NCBI GenBank assembly: GCA_020137815.1
Contig: CM035352.1
Location: 496,001 to 560,000 of the forward strand
From: Hormiphora californensis
Taxonomy: Eukaryota > Animalia > Ctenophora
Length of the DNA: 64,000 bases
Reading direction: 5' to 3'
Shown: positions 36,695-62,984 of the stretch, in pieces
Layout of the letters: every line of letters starts with the position of its first letter
How positions within the stretch are numbered: position 1 is the stretch's first letter
The notes under the pieces: model-generated
The model's database searches: none
What the model saw: the letters and a program-made list of their open reading frames with translations, nothing else
Told to the model about the DNA's origin: nothing
Made by a program: the position numbers and the translations under genes

Positions 36695-37417
36695 TCAATA
36701 AATATAATTCTCCATCAACTCTTCATATACTATTTCATTAAGCACATTATATCCACTGGAATTCAGATGTACTCCATCAATTGAGAATAAATCTTTATTG
36801 AAATTAAGCTCACTATTCAAAAATGGAATAGTCCAATCTACTCCTATACAATTCATTGATCTCACAACACTCGTTACAATCCTATTAAACATGAAAACAT
36901 TGCTAGCAGTCCAACCATAGTCTGGCCTAAGTGGAATAACTGTGGCCAGCACTATCTCAGTTGTCTTCCCAAACATGTTTCTAATTTCCCTAACGAGGTC
37001 AACATATGAATCAAAAATATCCTTCTTACCACTATGAGACCTTAAAAATTTACACCACTTCCTGATGTCGTTCGTGCCGAACGCAACTATAACCTTTCTA
37101 ACAACCAGTTCAGGTTCTCTCTCTCTAAAGCCTTTCAACATGTCTATGGCTAGACTTCCCTTCCAGTCTCTGAATGGCCTGCAGAGCCTCGCACCCGATA
37201 CCGACACATTTATCACATCCAGGTCCTCGTTCACCCACTTCGTCATGGAAGTTCCCAGGAGTAGAGTCCTTGGAGAATTAGGTGCCGATTGTGGAGCGGC
37301 GGTAGAAAATCCAGAGACATCTGGCTGGTATCCATCAACCATAGGGGGTACAGGCGAAAATTTCATCTGAGACACCACAGGGGACACCACAGGGGATACC
37401 ACAGGCTGAGGAACCAC
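36695..37417 (-). CDS. SGNH/GDSL esterase domain of LINE B ORF1
   Basis: Blocks LLLGTSM, SVSGA, AFGTND, DGVHL; lies immediately upstream of the RT. Confidence 0.85.
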   Translation of the reverse strand: MVPQPVVSPVVSPVVSQMKFSPVPPMVDGYQPDVSGFSTAAPQSAPNSPRTLLLGTSMTKWVNEDLDVINVSVSGARLCRPFRDWKGSLAIDMLKGFREREPELVVRKVIVAFGTNDIRKWCKFLRSHSGKKDIFDSYVDLVREIRNMFGKTTEIVLATVIPLRPDYGWTASNVFMFNRIVTSVVRSMNCIGVDWTIPFLNSELNFNKDLFSIDGVHLNSSGYNVLNEIVYEELMENYIY

Positions 37418-37531
37418 CGACTGAGCTAGTGGTGGTGGTGTAGGAGCGAGAGGTGATGTAATAAGCCTCTTCCGGAATGAGAGGGCATACCTAACCCCTT
37501 GCTCTACCTTGTTGGCCCGATGCTTGAAGTG

Positions 37532-38110
37532 CTGCCATCCAGTACAGACTCCAGGTCCAGTATATAAATAAGGAAGAGGAGAGGGCCCAGGACACTACCC
37601 TGCGCCACCCCGCTGAGCACCTCCACCCATGGTGACCTAACCCCATCCACCATCACACACTGCTGCCTGCCCAGGATCCACGCACTGATCCACTGATGAA
37701 GTTTTCCTCCAATCCCGTACCTTTTCAACTTAGCTAGCAACACATTGATATCCACCGAATCAAAGGCTTTAGAAAAATCTAAATAGAGTACATCAACTTC
37801 TCTATCCCCACAGAGTTCGGTTAGGATGTAGTCGACATGAGATAACAGTTGGGACATAGTACTACGTCCCTTTCGAAAACCGTGTTGCGTTTCACTCTGT
37901 AACTGCATCTCGTCCAAATAATCAGCTACTCTCTTTCTGACTAACCGCTCAAACACCTTCGATAAGTGACTGGTGATCGACACAGGGCGATAATTTACCG
38001 TCGTAGACTTCGACCCTTTCTTAAAGATTGGTGTTATGAACTGCTGCTTTAAACAATTTGGAACAGCCCCATCTGCAAATGACTTGTTCCATAACATCCA
38101 TATAGGATAA
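37532..38110 (-). mobile_element. LINE A, 5' half of RT
   Basis: PIFKKG..NYRPVSITS..QHGFRKGRST..LDFSKAFD..SGVAQGSVLGPLLF; rejoins the 3' half in frame as VLDGS-KCLTFADD. Confidence 0.85.
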
Positions 38111-39040
38111 GACAAGCTGGATCGGCTTATCATCGTCCTTCTTCTTGTCTTCATCAGTCTCCTTCACACTGTTGAATTTCTGTACGGGGGGCTGCTGCTG
38201 GTGGTTTTCTGGTTTGGTGTCTCCAACCTCTGACATGAAGCTGAACCTCCTCCTTAAGGCGTCGTCCGAAGCCTCACTTGCAGCACTCTTGGGATATGAT
38301 TATCAGGAACTGGAGATATGATTGATTATGTATTCCCCCTAGCTCGGTCTTCCCTCCAGGCCCCTTATAAGGGGCCTGCAGCGTATGCCAATGACTGGAG
38401 TCTCGAAAGCGCCGGGAAGAAAATATTTTCAAAAATGATCAGAAAGAAATTTGGAAACGACGCGACAATTTCTTGAACTTTGAAATTTGTGTGCGCGCGG
38501 CAGAAGTGCGCGTTACCATCTAAGATTTGCGCGTTTTTTAGGATTGCGCGCGATACCTGATATGATTCACTTCGTCCAACGTGGCGTAACTTTGCGAGCT
38601 TCAGAGACTGGACCAATGAAATCAAGGAGCAGATCGAATGTAAAACATTAATTTCCGCCAATTAACTGGAGTATATCGCTCTTTGAAGGAGAAGCGCTGG
38701 GGCGAGGCCCTTCCTCTTTTATTCTAAGCCGATGTCCCCAGATCGATGAATTGGGCCAGGTGGCACATTGGGATCGGGTTTCAATTAGATCGCTTCGTGC
38801 AGTTCATTGTGAAAGAAACTCTTATAATTTGGGTTCGTAAAAAACTAAAAACAATAAAAGTACATTGTGAAAACGGGGAATTTATAGTGTTCAGGGAGTG
38901 TATATATACTGTCTTTCGTTGGTTTGCTTCGACCGTACACATACGGCAATAACAGGGGTTACAGAGAGTTAAATCTTTCTCTCGCAATTCTCTAGATTAA
39001 TCTCTCGTCTTCTTTGGTTTAGTTGGTTTAGTGTGAGTTC

Positions 39041-39747
39041 TCAATCTGGGCCTCTAACAACTCGTCCAACGACTGTGTTCTGAGACCAGAAGGGAAGGAT
39101 CGCTGAATCGTCAGTGACCTCATTGTGTATCTCTCCTAATCCAGGTATTTGGCGCTTGAAAAAGTACCTGACAGGGAAGGGGAGGGTAATTAACCTTGAG
39201 TACGTTCTTGGGGACGTCAAAAACGTCCAAAACATGCCATAAAAAGTGAGTATACCTCACTCAATTCATGTACGATCTGTAAATCCTTAATGTACTTCCC
39301 TTGAATACACTACTACTACCAGCGCCTCTGTGTTTACACACAATGACCCCGCTACTTACCTAGTTGAGTCATCACATGAGGCCCAGGATACGACCTCTTT
39401 AAACTGTCGCAACGTTATTGTAGGTCCAGGCAGCACTTTCCCGTAGCACATCGAGTCAGAACAAAACGTGTAAGCCAGCTGTATTTCCCCTACTTCCGAT
39501 CTGAAAGGTTTAGGTTAAATATACACGACATATATGAGAGAAATAGAGAAAGAGAGACAGAGATAGAGAGATAGAGACAGAGAGAGATAGTTCGTAACAC
39601 GTGATGCTTCTGAACTGAACTGCTTATGAGAGGGTGGGCTAAAAGGAAGCCACTTAGCAGTGGCTCCAGTGGGACCACCTAGCGGCTGAGGGCAAAGCGG
39701 AGAGAGAGGAACCTGGAGGAAAAGAGAGAGAGAGAGAGAGAGAGAGG

Positions 39748-39827
<80 letters not shown>

Positions 39828-40092
39828 GAGGGGAATGGGGATAAGGTAGCTTAGCTATAATATCACTCTCTCTCTCACTCTCTCAGAACTGTGGAGCAGT
39901 CACTAAGAGATAAAAGTAGTGTTTTAGTGAAACACCGCTACCTGTTTGATCTCCCAGCTCGTTTCATTTTCTCTCTCATTCTCTTTATAATAGAGGTCAT
40001 TTGGGAAATGCTTCATTTTCCCGCCCGGCCGCGCTCCACATACATTCACAAGGGAAAGAGAAGGAGAAAGAGAGAAAGAGAGAGAAAGAGAG

Positions 40093-40185
<93 letters not shown>

Positions 40186-40995
40186 GACAGAGAAAGATAC
40201 ACATAAAATGTGAATCTCAAAGCTTTGTCCCCAACTGAGGATGAATTAGCTTTCGCGGTGTTATCTAATTACACGAGGGTCGAGAGAGAGTTCTTTGTCC
40301 CAGACCGCCCTCCCAGACCTCAACTTGGAGTTCTTCAGCCCCTTTTTAGGGGTCAGATCTCTCTCTCTCTCTTTCTCTTTTTAGGGGTCAGCCGGGAGAA
40401 ATTGTGCAGTCGCTTGTTAGACAAGACGTAAAGGACATGGGTCATGGTTAAAACTGCATATATTCGGTACAGGGCGAGTTTGTTTATCTCCCCGTTAAGC
40501 TCTCGTGGCCGGGGGGCAAAAGCAGCTGCAAAAATAAACAATGCGGCAACACTTACTTTGAGGAGTTGTTATCCCAAGTTTCCTCACAACTCATCGCCCC
40601 TTCCTCATCCTCCATCTCCGTGGCATTGTTTGGTTGGGTGGTCGTCAGGTGGTTGGCAGTGTGGGGTGGAGGTGGGGAATCTCCCGCTGTTGGATCTCTG
40701 TTCCGCAGCACCGCTGGAGTGTCCGCACCCTAGTAAGAGATGGATGAGAAAGAGAAAGAGAGAGAGAAAGAGAGGAGAGAGAGACAGAGAGAAAGAGTGA
40801 GAGAGATGATTGGCGAATGTCAGGTTATTAAAGAACAAGAGCCCGGGTACCGCAAAAAGGCGGTTATGTCATTGCTCTCTACAACACGAGGCGGTGTTAT
40901 CGGCTCGTCGTTTGATTATCATAGCACATGATCAGTGTGATTGATCAATGAACTTGTTCTCTCTCTCCCTTTCTCACTCCCTCTCTCTCCCTCCC

Positions 40996-41026
<31 letters not shown>

Positions 41027-41258
41027 GAACAATGATCATGTTTGTTGTGCAGTGGGAGAAATAACCTGATGAGTTACTATAAATGATAATGAGGAAAGCT
41101 GATCAAGTTCGTACTGTTAAAAAAAAGCATATTTTACTAACCGGCGGTCCACAGTCGAGAGCTCCATAGTTTTGCATCCGAAGATTTTGTTCCAGTTCAA
41201 CGACGTTAAGTTTCGGTAAGAGCTCCTCCATCAACTTCTCGGGGGTAATAATAACGTT
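39041..41258 (-). CDS. AXIN: Axin-like Wnt destruction-complex scaffold, 3' exons (GSK3-binding helix and C-terminal DIX domain); 5' part lies in degraded sequence
   Basis: Exon 41142-41258 NVIITPEKLMEELLPKLNVVELEQ..; exon 40557-40729 (linker); exons 39360-39500 and 39041-39167 splice to EIQLAYTFCSDSMCYGKVLPGPTITLRQFKEVVSWASCDDSTRYFFKRQIPGLGEIHNEVTDDSAILPFWSQNTVVGRVVRGPD*. All GT-AG with compatible phases. Confidence 0.75.
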
Positions 41259-41399
41259 CTGAGAAAGGAGGGAGGGTTAGGGGATTGAAGGGAGAGGCCA
41301 AATAAAACTATTTAACTGACTCTCACGAGATCTTTGAGCTACTATAATGCCACTATGGTGCTCAACACATTTCCCTCTGGTATACGGTTGTGCTATAAT

Positions 41400-56350
<14,951 letters not shown>

Positions 56351-57083
56351 CAACGTTACTGGCCGTTATATAGAAGGCAGAGTGATCTCTAACTGCTATG
56401 CTTAACTCACAAATATTGCTGGTCACTAACTAGCACTCAAGATTGAACCGTGGGAAATGTGTGCTAATATCCCCGTCCCTAATTATGTTCTGAGAGAGGG
56501 CCGAACAAGGCATCACCCAAAAGCATCTAGAATGGATGTGGGTTCAGAGATGACAGGCAATGGCGGCAACACAAACAGAAGAGTAGGCTACACTGATACT
56601 GTACATATAGGAAATCCAAAACTACCTCAACATCGCTGCACATACACACACCACATATAACACACACCACTCCAGCGACTGAGCCACTCTTCCTCCCAGG
56701 TATACAGGTGGTGGTGGTTTCACAAGTTTCACAAAAAGAGGAGGAAGGCGACCTAACAACCACCCGAGAAGGATTGTTGGGCGAGTGAGAGAGCGATAGC
56801 AAGCGTCCCTTTGAAGTGTGTGGAGGACATTTATCAAACGTGTGCGCCGGGCACATCAAAGACAATCAGTCAGGGCTACCTTTGATCTGACCGCGCTCTT
56901 CAGTCCGCGAGCCCGTGCAAGAGGCGCATTCTCTGCAAAGGGGAAAAAAAACGTAAACGGTTTTTTTTTTCCGCGCGGTTTCATCCACACGATTTTGCGA
57001 GTAAGCCCAAATGTATTTTATGTGATTTTATTGCGCGGTGGGTTTCACGCGCATATAAATTCTAAATTTAAGGTTTTTTTAAT

Positions 57084-58376
57084 TCCATCCCTGCTCGGCT
57101 CACATGTAACGGATCTGCAACGGGAACTTTTTCGCCCTACCCGTCAAGATGGGAGGTTTTTAGAATTTAAAACCCAATGCCCCCGGCGACACTGCTCGAG
57201 CATCCCCCACTGCAGGCCCCTTAGTGGAGCCCCCTTCTTCAGATGAAAAACTGGGGTCCACCGTAATAAAATCGAAAAGATCACCAGAGAGAGAACCAAG
57301 GAATGCGAAGAAAGAACAATCGAAAAACATCTTGTCCAGATGAAATCCCTGAAAGCAAGGATGACTGACACGGAAAACCGGTTACAATCACTTAACCAAG
57401 AGCCTGGGGCATCCTCTTGGTTGACAGCAAGACCCATCGAAGCACATGGACATCACCTGACCAAACAAGAGTTTGTCGATGCGATGCACCTTCGATTTGG
57501 GTTACCGTTTCTTGATCTCCCCGCCAAATGCCCATGTGGGTCCAGTAACAGTGCGATCACGCATGTCCTGTCACAAAGGTGGTACACAATCTACAGACAC
57601 GACCGCCTGAGAGACAACTTTGCTGATATCTTATCCTACGCTGGTGTCAGGGCTATAGAAACTGAAAAACTCCTACAACCATGTGAGGATTACGACCAAG
57701 AAATGCAGCAGTATCCCTGGGCAAATACAGATAGAGATGCCCGTATGGACATCGTATGCATGGGATTGTGGGCTCCGGACCAGATGTCCTTCATGGATGT
57801 CAGAGTCTGTCACCCGATGGCAGCTTCATATCTCAATATCAAGCCATCATCCCTTTACAAAAACCACGAAAAGTCCAAGAAGACTTGTTACATGAGACGA
57901 GTACAGATTGTAGAGGGCGGGACCTTCTCTCCACTGGTGTTTACAACAACAGGTGGTGTTGGCCCAGAAATGGACAGGGCGATGAAGAAGACAGCCAGAC
58001 ACATCGAGGACAAGCACGGAGAGATGTACAGCGAGGCTTTGGCAGCTATCAGAAGGAGGCTGAGATTCTGCTTGCTGATCGCAACATTGAGATCTCTGAG
58101 GGGGTGTCGAATTAAATACAACCCAGTAGGACTTGGTAGTATTGACTTCAATATCTGAATCGTGTGTGAGATTTTATTTGTAAGATTTATTATTTATTTG
58201 AGTGAGTGATTTTAAGATTTATTACTAACCCCAACACCGGGGGCAAATGATCGAACCCAATGTGAATGAGACTCATCGCGATTAACTCTTCATACGGTTA
58301 CCCCCTTTCTCTCTTCGGCAGCTTCTCTTCGGCTGTTGGAAAGTGATGCCAATCGGTGTTGGGGTTAGTGAATTTT

Positions 58377-58435
<59 letters not shown>
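57084..58435 (+). mobile_element. 5'-truncated CRE-clade non-LTR retrotransposon (restriction-like endonuclease), with polyA tail and TSD
   Basis: ORF 57340-58158: SSWL..P, CPCG..H zinc knuckle, RHD, RMD..DVRVCHP, HEKSKK..Y, FSPLVFTTTGG; polyA 58378-58435; TSD TTTTTTAAT at 57075-57083 and 58436-58444. Confidence 0.88.
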
Positions 58436-58439
<4 letters not shown>

Positions 58440-58766
58440 TTAATATGCCAACGTATAAATAACTGTCGTTTTTACTTTTTTAGAGTTTTCTAGAGACTTG
58501 AAATTTGGTTGAAAAGCGCTGCCTTATCCCGCGCTGCGCGTGGCGCCAGCAACGTTTGCCAAGAAATTTGGAGGTTACGAAGATCTTGCTAAGTTCTTCC
58601 GAACCTCCAAATTTCAAGTCGCTATCTTATCAGGAACCGGAGATATGACAAACTTTGTTATTTCAGGGGGGCGACAGTTTCAAAAAATCCGACTTTAACA
58701 GTTAAATCTTCGTTAAATTTGGCCAGTTTCACGCGCATATAAATTCTAAATTTAAGGTTTTTTTAA

Positions 58767-59138
58767 GGTAGGCGGTAAATGTTAACCAGATCTGTGAGAA
58801 TTCCGCACGTTTTTGCCCATAACTCAGCCATTTCTTGCCCAATTTGCAAAATCTTTGGCTCATTGGAAAGAGGACATCGAGATCTTTCAAATGAGCTCAA
58901 GAAAATGAAAATTGGCGCAAATTGCACGGCGTGGTGGCGAAAACGCGCATTTTGCGCCATGACGCCGCGCTTTTTGCGCCGATTTTAGTTTTATTGGGCT
59001 CATTTGAAAGAGCTCAATGTCCTCTTTCCAACGCGCCCAAGATTTTGCAAATTGGTCAAGAAATGACTGAGTTATGGACAAAAACATGGTTTTGCACGTA
59101 CGTTTTCTCTCAGATCTGGTTAACATTTACCGCCTACC
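58767..59138. mobile_element. 372-bp foldback MITE with 9-bp TSD (Mutator-like)
   Basis: TIR GGTAGGCGGTAAATGTTAACCAGATCTG..; TSD TTTTTTTAA at 58758-58766 and 59139-59147. Confidence 0.85.
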
Positions 59139-59368
59139 TTTTTTTAATATGCCAACGTATAAATAACTGTCGTTTTTACTTTTTTAGAGTTTTCTAGAGA
59201 CTTGAAATTTGGAGGTTACGAAGATCTTGCTAAGTTCTTCCGAACCTCCAAATTTCAAGTCGCTATCTTATCAGGAACCGGAGATATGACAAACTTTGTT
59301 ATTTCAGGGGGGCGACAGTTTCAAAAAATCCGACTTTAACAGTTAAATCTTCGTTAAATTTGGCCAGC

Positions 59369-59846
59369 GTTAAAATCTGGGTGTCTGGTGAGTGCTGACA
59401 AACGGTTTTTTAGGATAAGGGCTAAAGTGGGGTTAGGGTTAGGGCTGGGGTTTGGGTTGGGGTTTGGGTTGGGGTGAGGCCTTGACATTTCCTACCAGAT
59501 ATACTTTGAATTAGCCAAAACGGTTGAGTGGTTTTTCTACTATTTATTCACTATTGAGTGGTACAGTCGGACCCCGATTTAACGGCACCCTCGGGGGAAA
59601 GGGTTTTGTCCGTTAAATCGGGGTGTCCGCTAAATCGGGGTTAAATACTGGTAATTTCCTATATTGGGGGGAAGATTATGCTGCCGTTAAATCGGGGTGC
59701 CGCTAAATCGGGGGCCGTTAAATCGGGGTCCGACTGTACATTAAATGCATAAATTACAAAAATTACATTGGTTTAGCGGTTAGAGCCATTTTTGTGAATC
59801 AAATTTTTTGGCAGGTCACCAAACACCCAGATTGTAACGGCGCCCG
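59369..59846. mobile_element. TIR element with GGGTTA/GGGTT core (left end truncated), hosting a pogo-like MITE
   Basis: GTTA(A/C)AATCTGGGTGT(C/T)TGGTGA inverted at both ends. Confidence 0.55.
59564..59736. mobile_element. Pogo-like MITE, short form
   Basis: Same TIR and TA TSD as 20281-20452. Confidence 0.9.
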
Positions 59847-60311
59847 TTAAATTTTCGAAAACTTCCGAGTTGTACCATTATTAAATATTTGTATGATTTC
59901 CATTCATCTGAAAAGCACTGCCTTATCCAATAGGGTATGTAACATATGTAATGCCAAACCATTCATTCATGCCAATCGAGATTGACTTTAGAGTGACCTA
60001 AAAGCAAACCCCGTCGTTAGGTTTTTCGAAATTTACCACGGTTACGGGTCATAGTTCCACCCTGATGAGTATAGACTTTTTGTAGGAAGAACTCGACTCT
60101 TCTGTATGTGGTGCACTCTTTGATAAGGTCTCTTTTGGATGTTGTGCACTCTTGGATCTGTCATCTGGTGCGCTAAGCGATGTGTATGGCGTCTTATAAT
60201 ATCACTATAATACTAAACAGTACACAATGTAAAACTTAAACAAATCGGAAAGTAGACAGGGTCACGTAAGTTTTAGATAATTTAAACATTCGTATTGGTA
60301 AGTCCCAGGTT

Positions 60312-62453
60312 TTAAATAAATTTGACAAGCCGGAGAACTCTCAAGAGACCCCTTTTGAGGGGGAACAGAGTTTTTCCAGGGGTTCGTGTTGTGTTCTTAT
60401 CATATAATCTAGTGTAATCTCTCGCAAAAGGGACATTATGTTTCCAGTGAGGTACATCACCAAAGGTACTGTTCTTCATGCATTCAATATACTGACTGTT
60501 TGTGATCTCTCCCCTTCCAAGTCGCTGTCTGATACCCATGAGGCATTTCATTAGAAGTCCGTTGGACACAGACATCGCCATGCCAATACCGCCCTGTCCA
60601 TACATCATCACAAGATTTGATGCAGGTGCAGCAGCTCGTATCACGTTGAGAGCTGTAACTCCCCGCGAACAACTCCTCAGTTGCATGATATCGTAAGAAA
60701 CACCATCTCGCTCCAACCCCAACACAGGTAATCAGTGCTGTCCTGATATGGTTTAGAGGTGCCTCTGGGTGAGCATGTTGAATGGGAAAATGTCCCCCAG
60801 CAGTACACTGAATGGCAAACATTTGGTATCTTTTGTTCCCCACCCTAACTTCCCTTTCTCCCATTCTCATCATGTGTTTAACTCCAGCTGCCTTGTGATC
60901 TCGGAACATCTGGAGATGCCCTTCCGGTATCTTATCCTTGTCAACCCTAACAAGAACTGAAAATGTTCCTGCGGTCGCGTACATTATCGGCTCCTGAAGG
61001 TTACCAAACCCGATATTTTCTGCCACTTTCCGCAACACACCCTTATTAGGAGATTCCCCAATGGTCAGGTGTGTCATTGAGGGTCCTAGTGAGGTGTAGA
61101 GGGTGTTGATAGGGATCACTTCCTCCTCTCCCGTCTGGGTATTCTCCCAGACAGCTCTCGTCACAGAACAATCTTCCTCGCCTTGCGGTTGGACCAGAAT
61201 CTTCTTCAACCTCAGGTCATGCCTGATCTTCCCTCCTCCCATCTTGATGACCCCTTCCAGATCCTCTGCCATAGTTTGAGTTAGCTCCCCATCCTTTGGG
61301 TACTCTATAGCCTTGAGCACAGCTGGCGTGTACCCTCGCTCTGACATTTCCTCTTTAGTCAGTGGATTAGTTACAACAAGCTCCTCTCCGATTATTGATT
61401 TGATGTGTCCAACGGAGTCCACGAATCTTGGCGGTTTCTTCTCTTTTAAAACCACATCACATGCAAGACCAGTCTTCCTGAAAACAATGGAAACAAAGGT
61501 TAAATAAAGTTAATATGTCGCTGGTACCGTGACCTGGGAGTAAAAAGTCGGCAAGTATTTAGAACTTCGACATTTAGGCCAGGTCAATTTAGGCTAGGTG
61601 TTTTCAAATTTAATTCAGGTACGATTTATAAAAATCTGGGGTTTTACCTATTTCCTAGTTTGTACACAGGAAACCCTAGCTCCAGATCCTCGAGAATCTT
61701 GTGACACTGTACAGTGTGATGGACGGATAAGTGAGCAGTTGTTTTGTGTTTTGGAACGAGAGCTGTTCCCTTGATGTGAATCCCACAGTCCCGTAGCATG
61801 TGCCACTGATTTACCCCCACCAGCCACCACATCCAGGGATCTGATAGAAATTTCTTAAAGTTCAAGCGGAACACGCTAAATCCGGTGTCAGATTGAACCT
61901 CGTCCATGTAGCGTTTTGGTGTGAATCGCCTCTTGAAGAGCTGTGAAAAGGTATACCACAGAACATGAGCACCACTGTTGTTGTGAAAGTAGTATAGTGG
62001 AAGGAGATCCCGAACTATATACGCCAGAGCGGAGCCTTTCCAGTTAGATATACCCCGTAGTCCATCAGTCACATACATGACATTGCTTCCTTCAACCTTG
62101 CCTTGTATAGCAGCTGCAACCAGTGCCGGGGGCCCTCCCACATAAACATCTAGACCTGGCTGATCAATTCCACCCATTTTATCCTCCTCGATAACAACAG
62201 CGTTGTTTTGGTAAACTTTGTAATCTTCAGTCTTGTTCAGTCCCACGTTATTAGCAGCTTGGATATCAGGGAAGACCCTCCCGAACAGTTGCACAACATC
62301 TGAAGGAGCATTCAGGACATCCCACAACAATTCATGTTCCCGAGTCCTTCGTTCCAACTCCTCCAGAATTACCCTCCCCTCGGTGAGATTGGGAAACTGA
62401 GCCGGATCAATGGTCAGGGGTTCCAAGATGTATGGGTCAGTAGCTTGAGGCAT
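60312..62453 (-). CDS. Divergent FAD-dependent oxidoreductase, glycine/D-amino acid oxidase (DAO/DadA) superfamily; 2 exons, one apparent frameshift
   Basis: Exon 61648-62453 joins exon 60312-61477 in phase (GNR|KTGL). VYVGGPPALVAAA (dinucleotide-binding variant), YPKDG, LYTSLGP, CSRGVT, NLVMMYGQGGIGMAMSVSNG (GhGxxG C-terminal FAD motif). One extra base near 60725-60733. Confidence 0.65.
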
Positions 62454-62984
62454 GTCCTTAGAGGCGAACTACAAAGATAACAAACTAAAGAAGAGAAAAA
62501 AATGACTTCCTATATAAGTGTGGGAGCAGGTAGAGCCTCGTGGCAGCTGCGTCACATTGTGCAACGATAATAAAGCGGCGAGTCAGGAGAATTTATGTTG
62601 TAGTGTGACGAGTTTACAAAAACCGGTTATTTATTACCTTGTTCGACCCTCCCTCAAAACAAGTTATTTAGTGGAAGACAACAACAAGTTGCATACAAAA
62701 TTACAAATTTCACACAAACACTGTTAAACAATAAACGGTTAAAATCTCTGACACAATCAACCCAGGTCCCTTCCCTTAAATAACTAACTCTCTTTCACTA
62801 ATTCTTCCATGAGTCTGTCCCCTCTCTCTCTACTCTTCTTCCTGTACATCCAGCACCGGTCTACTCAACTATCACCGTTTTCGAAGTCTATCAATCAGCC
62901 ATTCCATCGCTTCATCAACTCCTGTCCGGTCTTTAATACTACACTTGCACAACTGTACGGAAAAGGGAATATTATGTCATATAT

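Larger units (their letters stand above)
33834..37531 (-). mobile_element. LINE B (CR1/L2-group), 5'-truncated, nested in LINE A; esterase ORF1 and endonuclease-less ORF2
   Basis: (AAATC)n 3' tail at 33834-33850; RT QHGF..DFQKAFD..GVPQGSILGP..YADD in 36176-36670, continuing in 34369-35225; CAG/CTG duplicated at both junctions. Confidence 0.85.
57042..59367. repeat. Two tandem copies of a ~260-bp unit, each carrying a different insertion
   Basis: GTTTCACGCGCATATAAATTC..TTTGGCCAG at 57042-58726 and 58726-59367. Confidence 0.85.

Noticed and set aside
38110-38330. Charged ORF start (MSEVGDTKPENHQQQ..) abutting LINE A
   Set aside because: Cannot distinguish a LINE ORF1 remnant from a host exon or chance ORF
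38357-38378. 22-bp perfect palindrome CAGGCCCCTTATAAGGGGCCTG
   Set aside because: Probably a junction or footprint of repeat termini; no further support
60040-60100. Hammerhead ribozyme (CTGATGAG core)
   Set aside because: No correctly placed GAAA or stem II; the sequence matches the arm of the MITE at 28212-28429
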